DNA of 32,517 bases from a candidate division WOR-3 bacterium (lineage in GTDB: Bacteria; Hydrothermota; Tepidihabitantia; SM23-42). Numbering within the stretch: the first letter of the stretch is position 1; each line of letters opens with the position of its first letter. Under the pieces are notes generated by a model. It saw only the letters and a list, made by a program, of their open reading frames with translations, was not told where the DNA came from and ran no database searches. The stretch covers positions 1,044,814 through 1,077,330 of the forward strand of contig CP070802.1 of NCBI GenBank assembly GCA_020343595.1, read 5' to 3'. A program made the translations under genes and the position numbers. Positions 8,982 to 17,450 of the stretch are shown piece after piece.

Positions 8982-10394
8982 ATGGCAAGGGCGAATATGA
9001 CGATGACCAGGGCTAAGAAAACTGGAGGCAAGAATAAACGGATGAACACCGCGAAGAAGAGCAATTCACGTAAGCCAAAGATCTCGACAAGCTTACCCGG
9101 TCCTAAGGCAAAGGTGATTTTGAATAAGGACCACAAATTCGTGTCCCCTTCATATACACGTTCCTACCCGGCAGTCGTTGAGAAAGGTCAGGGTGTGTGG
9201 GTGACCGACGTCGACGGCAATGTCTTCCTGGATTTTTCCGCCGGCATCGGTGTTGTTTCGACCGGCCATTGTCATCCAGAGGTTGTAAAGGTGATAAGGG
9301 AGCAGGCCGGTAAACTCCTCCATATGTCCGGGACTGATTTCTATTATCCGAATCAGGCGAACCTGGCTGAAAAACTGGCCGAGATCGTACCCGGAGCGAA
9401 GAACAAGAAGGTTTTCTTCGGCAATTCCGGCGCCGAGGCGGTGGAATGTGCGATGAAGCTCGCCCGGTACCATAAGAGAAGGGCAAGATATGTCGCATTT
9501 ACCGGTGCGTTCCACGGCCGGACCTTCGGTGCGTTATCTTTGACCGCCTCTAAAGCCACACAACGCAGGTTCTTTGCGCCTCTTCTGTCCGGGGTAGATC
9601 ACGTTTCCTATGCGTATTGCTATAGGTGTCCTTTCAATCTCCAGTACCCTTCTTGCGATGTTACTTGTGTTAAATACATCGAGGATGTGCTGCTAAAGAA
9701 GGTCGTGCCTGCCGAAGAGGTCGCCGCAGTATTTGTCGAACCGGTCCAGGGTGAGGGCGGGTACATTGTGCCGCCGGCCGGGTTCATGCCGGCATTGAGG
9801 GCGTTGTGTGACAAGTATGAGATCCTGCTCGTTGATGATGAGGTCCAGTCCGGAATGGGCAGGACCGGTAAGATGTTCGCAATCGAGCATTTCAATACCA
9901 AGGCAGACATTTACTGTATCGCAAAGGGGGTTGCTTCCGGATTACCGCTGGGCGCCTGCGTTGCGCGTGCTGGTGTAATGGACTGGGAACCCGGTTCTCA
10001 CGCCTCAACCTTTGCGGGCAATCCTGTGAGCTGTGCGGCTGCCCTCAAGACGATAGATTTGCTGGAAAACGGGTTGATCGAAAACGCGGCACGCTTGGGT
10101 GAGATTGCGTTTGCACGTCTCAGCACGCTGAGGGAGCGCTATGATTTCGTCGGTGATGTGCGCGGCAAAGGTCTCATGATCGGGGTCGAACTGGTTGGCG
10201 ACCCAATAACCAAGGAACCGGTCAAGGACCGCCGTAATGCTGTAGTTTACGAAGCGTTCAAACAGGGATTGCTGTTACTTGGCGCCGGTGAATCGACCGT
10301 GCGTTTTATCCCGCCGCTCGTCATAAACGAGAGTGAGCTGCATGTAGGATTAGATATATTTGAGCTTGCCCTTAAGAAGGTTTTTAGAGCGTAG
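8982..10394 (+). CDS. Class III PLP aminotransferase (acetylornithine/ornithine/GABA aminotransferase family)
   Basis: NSGAEA, FHGRT, EPVQGEGG, DEVQSGMGRTG, AKG (PLP Lys), STFAGNP. Start uncertain (8982 to 9042). Confidence 0.92.
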   Translation: MARANMTMTRAKKTGGKNKRMNTAKKSNSRKPKISTSLPGPKAKVILNKDHKFVSPSYTRSYPAVVEKGQGVWVTDVDGNVFLDFSAGIGVVSTGHCHPEVVKVIREQAGKLLHMSGTDFYYPNQANLAEKLAEIVPGAKNKKVFFGNSGAEAVECAMKLARYHKRRARYVAFTGAFHGRTFGALSLTASKATQRRFFAPLLSGVDHVSYAYCYRCPFNLQYPSCDVTCVKYIEDVLLKKVVPAEEVAAVFVEPVQGEGGYIVPPAGFMPALRALCDKYEILLVDDEVQSGMGRTGKMFAIEHFNTKADIYCIAKGVASGLPLGACVARAGVMDWEPGSHASTFAGNPVSCAAALKTIDLLENGLIENAARLGEIAFARLSTLRERYDFVGDVRGKGLMIGVELVGDPITKEPVKDRRNAVVYEAFKQGLLLLGAGESTVRFIPPLVINESELHVGLDIFELALKKVFRA

Positions 10395-10395
10395 T

Positions 10396-10425
10396 AAAAA
10401 AGGGCCGCCCTGTGCGGCCCTTTTT
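10396..10425. terminator. Bidirectional intrinsic terminator
   Basis: AAAAAAGGGCCGC-cctgt-GCGGCCCTTTTT between convergent genes. Confidence 0.9.
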
Positions 10426-10454
10426 CTCAATTCTTTGACTGTTTTTCACTACAC

Positions 10455-10931
10455 CTAGGGCAGCATCCAGATCCCGAACCAGACTTTTGCGGTATCTGAG
10501 TTCTCAAAATACTCATCGACGGCGACAAAATGAATTAATGCCCGCATGGATTCATTGGGACCGAGGTGCTGATACGCTGGAGCCAGCGGTACCCATATAT
10601 TGTAGAGGATGAACGTATCGCAGCAGGTCGGACTTGTCTTACCCTCGATCTTGCCGTAGACCGGAACCGGTGCAGTTGTGTATACGACTGTGGTGTCATC
10701 TGTATAGTATTCAGTAAAGAATTCACTCAGATAGCTGTCGATCGAGTTTTCGGCAACAAAGTGGACTTCGGAAATTTGCGCAGCGAAGGTTGTGTCAAAC
10801 TGACTGGTGTACCACGCGACCGGGTTTAGCCACGTAACTTCGATATCCGGCTTTAATTCCAGTGCATCCTGGGCGTAATCACATGCCACAAAAATCGTCA
10901 CCAAAACGACAAGTATCATGAACTTCTTCAT
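10455..10931 (-). CDS. Putative lipoprotein of unknown function
   Basis: AAGGAGG SD; MKK + hydrophobic stretch + FVAC lipobox; acidic mature part. Confidence 0.75.
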   Translation of the reverse strand: MKKFMILVVLVTIFVACDYAQDALELKPDIEVTWLNPVAWYTSQFDTTFAAQISEVHFVAENSIDSYLSEFFTEYYTDDTTVVYTTAPVPVYGKIEGKTSPTCCDTFILYNIWVPLAPAYQHLGPNESMRALIHFVAVDEYFENSDTAKVWFGIWMLP

Positions 10932-10955
10932 TATTCCTCCTTTTCGATTCTGTAA

Positions 10956-10983
10956 ATTTTATACAATATTTCAAAATTGTCAA
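10956..10983 (-). promoter_or_regulatory. Putative promoter of lipoprotein 10455..10931
   Basis: TTGACA-N16-TAAAAT. Confidence 0.65.
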
Positions 10984-11014
10984 GTATTAATTTATTCTCG
11001 AAGTGATTTTGTGG

Positions 11015-11425
11015 TTAACCTGGTCGCCCTTTTTTCTTTCCGCGGGGATTGCGGCCTTTGTTTTCTATATCGGGGTGGTACTTTCTTACAAAGGTTTCTT
11101 CAAAATCATAAACGTCTTTGAAATCATCAATGCTATCCTCGGACGTCTTATTGAGGACCTTGTCATTGACCATGTTGATGACGATATTCCCGAAGTCTAA
11201 GGTGGTTTTTACTCCCCAGTGTTCGAAGACAATTTTAGCCATGGCGCCGTAACGTTCGAGGCCGAGGTCGCGTATTCCTTCAAGCAGCTGCTGGCCTGTG
11301 ACATGGCCTTGTATGTTGAGATTCTGTCGTGTGTAGTGCAGGGCTTCGAGCACGAATATATAGGCGTCTTTTTTATAACGCGGGTCTTTATCCGCAATCT
11401 GTTTAAGGCGGAGTTGTTCACTCAT
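11015..11425 (-). CDS. Conserved hypothetical protein, Minf_1886-like family
   Basis: DPRY..AY.FV.EAL, HVTGQQLL, WGV.TT.DFG.IV and DS..DF..VYDF pattern recognised from memory. ATG 11425 preferred over TTG 11455. Confidence 0.75.
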   Translation of the reverse strand: MSEQLRLKQIADKDPRYKKDAYIFVLEALHYTRQNLNIQGHVTGQQLLEGIRDLGLERYGAMAKIVFEHWGVKTTLDFGNIVINMVNDKVLNKTSEDSIDDFKDVYDFEETFVRKYHPDIENKGRNPRGKKKGRPG

Positions 11426-11489
11426 CGCGGTAATGGAGAGGGAAGCCTCGATCAAGGCGTCCAGCTATACAACCTTGATGTGGCTCGAT

Positions 11490-11660
11490 CTACTCTTTTT
11501 TGCCTGCCGCAGCATCCTTTTCTTTCTTTCTATCGAGCCGGACGCTGTTGGAACCGCACTTCGGGCATGTCCTTTCCTGCATGACGCCCTTAGTGTACGG
11601 TAATTTGAATTCGGCATCACATCTCAAACACTTGAAATTTCTTTCTTCAGTTTCGGGCAC
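11490..11660 (-). CDS. 56-aa zinc-ribbon (FmdB/rubredoxin-like) protein, absent from ORF track
   Basis: GGAGG SD, GTG start, MPETEERNFKCLRCDAEFKLPYTKGVMQERTCPKCGSNSVRLDRKKEKDAAAGKKE then TAG; CxxC...CPxCGS; fills the gap in the operon. Confidence 0.85.
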   Translation of the reverse strand: MPETEERNFKCLRCDAEFKLPYTKGVMQERTCPKCGSNSVRLDRKKEKDAAAGKKE

Positions 11661-11711
11661 GAAAACCTCCGGGTTTCAGTCCTATGGCCTTCCGACTATC
11701 CGGCTATATGA

Positions 11712-14138
11712 CTATTTCTTTTTCTTGGCTTTTGCCTTTTCTTCTTCTTCGGTCAGGACCTTGATCGTATGTTCGATCTCGTCTTTTGTCACTTTCTTTC
11801 GTAATTCTTCGATATCCTGCATCGTTTTTTGAAAACGTTGTCCTTCTGCGGCGCTTATCCATTCGAGCAGCAATCGTTCGGGCCGGATTTCCCATTTTTC
11901 CAGTTTATCCCAGAGTTTTTCGACACGCTTCTGGGTCCAGCGGTTCGCGTCGATATAGTGGCAGTCAACGTAGTGACATCCGGATACGACGACCATGGGC
12001 GCGCCCTTTTTGAAGGCGTGGAGGACGAATTTTTCATCGACCCTGCCACTGCACATCGTTCGGATCAAACGCTGGTTCGGCGGATATTGAAGTCGCGCGC
12101 CGCCGCATGTGTCGGCGCCAGCATAGGAACACCAGTTGCAGGCAAAGACGACTACCTTCTCCTGAGGATCTTCAGCAAGGTGGGCGTCGATTTGAGTTAT
12201 GAGCTGTTCATCCGTGAAGTGCTTCATTGTCAAAGCGCCAAACCGGCACTCTGCGGCACATGTACCGCATCCCTTGCACAGGGCTTCGATATAGGAAATC
12301 GTCTTCTTTTTCGGATCAACCGTGAATGCTCCGTATGGACACACCCTGGAACATGTTGCACAATATCTGCAAAGATCAGTATTCAACGTGGATGTGATCG
12401 CTTCCAGTTTTACCTTCCCTGCAGAAAGCAGTGTTTCGGCTCTGGCCGCGGCCGCGCTTGCCTGGGTCACCGAGTCCTTGACGTCCTTCGGTGCCTCGGC
12501 ACACCCTGCAAAATAGATCCCGGTCGACGGCGCATCCACCGGTTTTAGTTTCGGGTGCGCTTCCATGAAGAAGCCGTCCGGCGTTTTTGAGAGCGTGAGC
12601 AACTGTTGAACCTCGGGCATATCGAGTCGAGGGGTTACGCCGACAGACAGCACCATCATGTCGAATTCATGTTCTTCGATCTTGTTGGAGGTGGTGTCTT
12701 CGACCATCACCTTCAGGTTGCGGGATTTGGGGTCTTCGGCGATCTCTCCGGGAATGCCCCTGATGTACTGAACCCCTGCTTCCTTGCTCCGTTTGAAGAG
12801 GTCCTCGAAACCCTTGCCGAACGCCCGTATATCAATGTAGAAAACCTTTGCCTGGATATCCGGATAGTGGTCTTTCAGCAGCAGTGTGTCCTTGATCGTA
12901 TTCATACAGCAAATATTACTGCAGTACGGCTTACCGATCTTTTCACAGCGCGAGCCCACGCATTGTACAAAACCCACCGTCTTCGGCCTCTTCCTGTCGG
13001 TAGGACGGATGAAGTGACCGTCAGAGGGCCCTCCGGCTGACAACAGCCGCTCAAATTCCATACTCGTTACGACGTTTTCGTATTTCGTGTAGCCGTATTC
13101 CTGCAAAATTACCGGGTCGAATACGTCCATTCCTGTTGCTACGATTACGGTGCCGACCTTGAATTCGAGCGTTTCGTCTTTTGCATCGTAGTCAATGCAT
13201 TTCTTGTCGCATTTTTCGGCGCACTTGCCGCAGGCAATTGGATTGGTGCCCAGACAGCTTTCCATATCGATCAGAGATGCCGACGGCACGGCCTGGGGGA
13301 ACGGGATGTAAATGGCTTTTCTTGACGATAACCCCTGCTGGTACTCATCCGGAACGACGACCGGACAAACTTCGGCACAATCGCCGCATGCGGTGCACTG
13401 TGTCTCGTCTACGTAACGTGTTCTCTTGAGAACCTTAACGTCGAAGTTACCGACGTATCCTTTGATCGACTCGACTTTGCTATTGGTTAGGAGCTTTATT
13501 TTGGGATGTCGACCGACATCCATCATCTTCGGGCCGAGTATTCATATCGCGCAATCCATCGTCGGATACGTCTTCGCCAGCTTGGACATCAAGCCGCCAA
13601 GCGATGGTTCCTTCTCGACGAGGTATACCTGGTAGCCAGCGTCAGCCAGATCGAGCGCCGACTGCATCCCGGCTATCCCACCACCGATCACCAGAGTTGC
13701 TTTTTCGACTGGTATTTCCTTTTCATCCTGGGGTTGCAGGTACCGAGCTCGGGCCACGTACGCCTTCATGATATCCTTGGCTTTCGTCGTTGCTGCCTCG
13801 CGGTTGCCCATGTGGACCCACGAGCACTGCTCCCGGATATTCGCCATGTCAACCAGATATGGATTCATACCCACCGAAGCGACGCATTCCCTGAAGGTTG
13901 GTTCGTGCATGCGTGGCGAGCAAGCGGCGACGATCACCCTATCGAGTTTCTCTTCCTTGATCGCCTTCTTGATTTCGGCTTGGCCGGGTTCCGAACACAT
14001 GTAGCGGTTCTTGGTGCTGTACACGACATTCCCGAGCTTCTTGGCATCCTCGACGACAGTGTCGATATCGACTGAGCCGGCAATGTTTGTGCCGCATTCA
14101 CAGACAAAAACGCCGATCTTCAAATCATCCTTCGGCAT
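11712..14138 (-). CDS. hdrA: Selenocysteine-containing HdrA fused to C-terminal MvhD (~808 aa, Sec199)
   Basis: ORFs 13542..14147 and 11712..13526 are in one frame joined by TGA 13542-13544 (TMDCAI-U-ILGPKMMDVGRHP). VFVCECG, GGGIAG, QCVGSR..YCSNICC, ferredoxin motifs, C-terminal CNWCSYAGAD/GCHYVDCHY. Confidence 0.92.
13504..13521 (-). promoter_or_regulatory. Putative bacterial SECIS element
   Basis: GGAUGUC-GGUC-GACAUCC perfect 7-bp stem starting 20 nt after the UGA. Confidence 0.8.
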
Positions 14139-14160
14139 CTTGATCACCCCCTTTCTGGGT

Positions 14161-14339
14161 AAATTCTAATATCTAATTTCGAAATTCGAAATAAATCCGA
14201 ATTACCAAAAACCAAATTCCAAAAAACATAGTTCAATGTGCCATTCAATAGGCAAACAATCTCCCGAGGCAATAATATTGAATATTGGGATTTTGAATTT
14301 TGATATTGTTTAGAATTTGGGATTTCGTATTTGGTATTT
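14161..14339. repeat. Imperfect inverted repeat built of 7-bp units (two 60-nt arms, 59-nt spacer)
   Basis: Left arm 14161-14220 and reverse complement of right arm 14280-14339 are each 4 heptads + AAAY + 4 heptads, consensus about AAATTCC. Confidence 0.85.
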
Positions 14340-14352
14340 TCTGGAGCAATGT

Positions 14353-15237
14353 TCATGCTTTTGCACTTTCCTTTATTTTTTCCAACACTTTGTCGGCTTT
14401 GATCCGGTGAGTATGTAGACCCACTTGTTCTGGCTCCAGTCCCTGGGCAAGACCCAGAAGTTGAAACAGGTAGATCACCGGAATGTTGTAAGTTTTTCCT
14501 TTTTTACGGGAAATCAAAATCTGTCCAAGATCAAAGGAAGAAAAGCACGTCGGACAGACAAGTCCCATGCAATCGGCGCCGCTTTCTTCGATCGAGGCGA
14601 AGATTGTCTCGGTCATTTCAAGAGGCAGCTCTTCATCCATACATCCCTTGCCGCAGCACAGGAGTTTCTCTCTGTGGTCAAGGGGTGTAGCACCCATCGC
14701 GGCGACGAAATCGTCGAGGATGCTGGGATAGTCGGCATCATCAACATGCATGATCTGGCTCGGCTTTAGTATGTGGCAACCATAGTGGATGGCGACGGTC
14801 ACGCCGTCGAGTGGTCGCTTGATTGACTTCTTCACAACATCAAGGCCTAATGTGTCCCGGATCAAAACGACCGCATGGTTAATTTGCGCGGTGCCTCTGT
14901 ATTCTTTGTTTATTTTCTTCAGCCGCCGGTTCACTTCTGCCTTTGCTTCAGGATCTTCGTCGAGTGTGTATTTGGCTTCCTTCAGAGTGGAAATGCAGCC
15001 CGAGCACATGGTGATGACATCAAGACCCATTTCCTCGGCTATTGCCAGATTACGAGCAGCGATCGTCAGCCACTTGATCTTATCGCGGGCTTTGAAATAA
15101 ATAGGGTCAGGGCAGCATGTGAAACCGTCGACGTCGACTAGTTCGACACCAAGGTTAGGTAGAGTTTTTCTGATTGCGAGTTCCATCTGCGGATACTTGA
15201 GGGGCATCATGCAGCCCCAAAAAGGAATTACCTTCAT
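14353..15237 (-). CDS. hdrB: Heterodisulfide reductase subunit B
   Basis: Two CCG domains: FWGC..CCPDP..CSGC and HYGCH..CCG..CPTC. Confidence 0.92.
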   Translation of the reverse strand: MKVIPFWGCMMPLKYPQMELAIRKTLPNLGVELVDVDGFTCCPDPIYFKARDKIKWLTIAARNLAIAEEMGLDVITMCSGCISTLKEAKYTLDEDPEAKAEVNRRLKKINKEYRGTAQINHAVVLIRDTLGLDVVKKSIKRPLDGVTVAIHYGCHILKPSQIMHVDDADYPSILDDFVAAMGATPLDHREKLLCCGKGCMDEELPLEMTETIFASIEESGADCMGLVCPTCFSSFDLGQILISRKKGKTYNIPVIYLFQLLGLAQGLEPEQVGLHTHRIKADKVLEKIKESAKA

Positions 15238-15240
15238 GGT

Positions 15241-15741
15241 TTATTTATCATCCTTTGTTACACTCTGCGGGTCTTCGAGTATTTCCTTCAGCTCGTCGAT
15301 CGGTATGGTTTTGAGCGGAGGAAGACCCAGCTCCTGCCTCCGTCTGCTAACAGCTGATGTAACCGTGACGCTGACGCCGGTTTGCGCTATATTCTCCGAG
15401 AGTTTCGCAAGACTTGCCGGTGCTTTCTGTCGCTGTACGGCCATATTCTTTAAGGCGATGATTACTTCGATCGGACGGACATCCTGCGGACAGCGCTCAT
15501 AACATGAATAGCAGTTCGTACACAGCCATATTGGTGAATCTTCACCGGTCAATGCTTCTTCCATGCCCAGCAGCGTCTTTAACAGAATGACGCGGGGGTT
15601 GAATTCCTCGGTGAATCGTGCCGCCGGGCACACCGCAACGCATGCGCTGCATTGGTAGCAGTAGTTGTGGTGTTTGCCACCCTGGATTTTATTCAGTTTC
15701 TCACGAAATCGAAAGTCAACCTTTATTTTCTCCTTGGCCAT
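15241..15741 (-). CDS. hdrC: Heterodisulfide reductase subunit C
   Basis: CYQCSACVAVCP and WLCTNCYSCYERCPQ; adjacent to hdrB. Confidence 0.92.
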   Translation of the reverse strand: MAKEKIKVDFRFREKLNKIQGGKHHNYCYQCSACVAVCPAARFTEEFNPRVILLKTLLGMEEALTGEDSPIWLCTNCYSCYERCPQDVRPIEVIIALKNMAVQRQKAPASLAKLSENIAQTGVSVTVTSAVSRRRQELGLPPLKTIPIDELKEILEDPQSVTKDDK

Positions 15742-16889
15742 TAAGTATCCTCCAATGCATCGGCGATCAGCGTAACCAACTGGATCGTCTTGATCTTTGC
15801 CTCTTTGCCGGTCTTTTCATCGTTCATAGCGCACTGGAAGTGTATCTCACATTTAGGACAGGAGAGAACCAGTAGATCAGCTTTGGTTTCTTTTGCCTCG
15901 GTGAGCCGGGCCCGTTGGATGCTCTTTGAATAGGTCGAACAGTTCATCCATGCGCTGACGCCACAGCATATCGCGCGCTCTCGACTCCGCGTCATTTCGT
16001 TCAAGCTCAATTCCGGGACAGCAGCAATGGCTTTCCTTGGTTCATCATAGATTCCAAGGTGCCTGCCGAGCCGGCAAGGATCCTGAAAGGTTACAACTTT
16101 TTTTAGATTCTTGAATTTCAATTTCCCGTCGGATATGGCGCCGCTGATTGTCTCGGTGATATGCTCGACATCGAAATCAGTACTGAAATACTTGGGATAA
16201 TCGATTTTGAAGGTGCGATAACCTTCCGGGCATGAGAAGACGATTTTCTTGGCACCGGATTTCTTTATCTCTTCGATGTTGTGCCGTGCAAGTTTCTCAA
16301 AATTCTCCATGTCACCGCTCCAGAGGAGGTCATGACCACAACATCTTTCCTGGGGAAGGACAACCGGCGTAATACCCAAATGATTGAGGATCTTTATACT
16401 TGATCTGGCGGCCTGAAGCGTGTTGACCTTGATGTCGCTGAACAGAATATCGAAGTAGGGCAGACAGCCGACAAAATAAAGCAACTCACCTTTCTGTGTT
16501 GTTTTCAGGTTGCTGTCAATCCAATCGAGGCGTTTTTGTTCCAGCTCAGGTGTTGTCATTATGCGCATCAACGATTGTGCTGCGCCGCCGTGGGAGCAGA
16601 GTGCTTGCTCCCCGATCTTTTTTGCTTCAAGGCGCGTCGTTAGCGTCAGGCCGATGTATTCGATCGCGGCCGGGCAACGTTCATCACATAACTTACAGGT
16701 CAGACATGCCCAAATATTCTTGTCCTTCAATAGATCGAGATCGCCGCTCCTTATTGCTTTGTTCACTAGTATTCGCGGTGAATATCCATGGTTGTACCGT
16801 GATACCGGACAGGTACCCGTGCACTTGCCGCATTCCATGCACAGATATGCTTTTGAATCCTTGATGGCTTTGGCGATCTTGCTATTCAT
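15741..16889 (-). CDS. HdrD/GlpC-like Fe-S oxidoreductase (2x[4Fe-4S] + two CCG domains)
   Basis: CMECGKCTGTCP, CLTCKLCDERCP, FVGC..CCGH..CPEG, DPC..CCG..CPKC. ATG 16889 overlaps the mvhD stop. Confidence 0.88.
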   Translation of the reverse strand: MNSKIAKAIKDSKAYLCMECGKCTGTCPVSRYNHGYSPRILVNKAIRSGDLDLLKDKNIWACLTCKLCDERCPAAIEYIGLTLTTRLEAKKIGEQALCSHGGAAQSLMRIMTTPELEQKRLDWIDSNLKTTQKGELLYFVGCLPYFDILFSDIKVNTLQAARSSIKILNHLGITPVVLPQERCCGHDLLWSGDMENFEKLARHNIEEIKKSGAKKIVFSCPEGYRTFKIDYPKYFSTDFDVEHITETISGAISDGKLKFKNLKKVVTFQDPCRLGRHLGIYDEPRKAIAAVPELSLNEMTRSRERAICCGVSAWMNCSTYSKSIQRARLTEAKETKADLLVLSCPKCEIHFQCAMNDEKTGKEAKIKTIQLVTLIADALEDT

Positions 16890-17388
16890 TTTCAATCGCT
16901 TCGCTGATGGCACCCAGCCGTTTCTTTATTGACGATGGTCCGAGCCTTCGGATCGTATCGGTGAATTCCTGGGCGACCCTTGCGAATTTGGTCGCTTCAG
17001 CCGATGATATCCAATCGAGTTTGAGACGTTCCTTCTCGATGCCGAGCATCTCGGTGAGTTTCTCGGTCACCTTGTGCACATCCGCGGCTTTTCGCGCGCC
17101 GAACATGTAGTGGCAGTCCTCAAAATGGCAGGTGGCAACAAGAACGCCGTCCGCCCCCAGTTCGAAGGCTTTCAATACAAAGGATGGCGTCACGCGCCCG
17201 CCGCACATCACCCTGACGATCTTTATGTTCGTTGGGTACTGCAACCTGGAGACCCCGGCACCGTCTGCTGCCGGGTAAGAACACCAGTTACAGCAGAAGG
17301 CAACGATCTTGGGTTCGAAGCCTTTGCTGGAGCGTCGGGTAGTTGAACGGCCGGATCGCTTCTTCGTTTTCTTAGCAGCTTGTTTCAT
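16882..17388 (-). CDS. mvhD: MvhD-like [2Fe-2S] protein with basic N-terminal extension
   Basis: FCCNWCSY, VRVMCGGRV, CHFEDCHY, WISSAE. Confidence 0.92.
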   Translation of the reverse strand: MKQAAKKTKKRSGRSTTRRSSKGFEPKIVAFCCNWCSYPAADGAGVSRLQYPTNIKIVRVMCGGRVTPSFVLKAFELGADGVLVATCHFEDCHYMFGARKAADVHKVTEKLTEMLGIEKERLKLDWISSAEATKFARVAQEFTDTIRRLGPSSIKKRLGAISEAIENE

Positions 17389-17450
17389 CGCATCTCCATG
17401 AGTTGAGTGCTAACAGCAGTATAGGATTATTCTTCTGCATCAACATGCGA

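Noticed and set aside
13542-14147. Separate 201-aa HdrA fragment or pseudogene
   Set aside because: In frame with the downstream ORF through a TGA at a conserved Cys position with a SECIS-like hairpin; treated as one selenoprotein.
14161-14339. CRISPR array or rho-independent terminator
   Set aside because: No identical repeats with unique spacers and no GC-rich stem; it lies mid-operon.
14144-14356. 70-aa ORF between hdrB and hdrA
   Set aside because: It is the translation of the heptad inverted repeat; low complexity and no recognisable motif.
17387-17423. Perfect CIRCE half-site (TTAGCACTC on minus strand, 17405-17413) next to a TATACT upstream of mvhD
   Set aside because: The second half-site matches only 4 of 9 at the N9 spacing and the -35 spacing is 14 nt; not enough to call HrcA control or an internal promoter.
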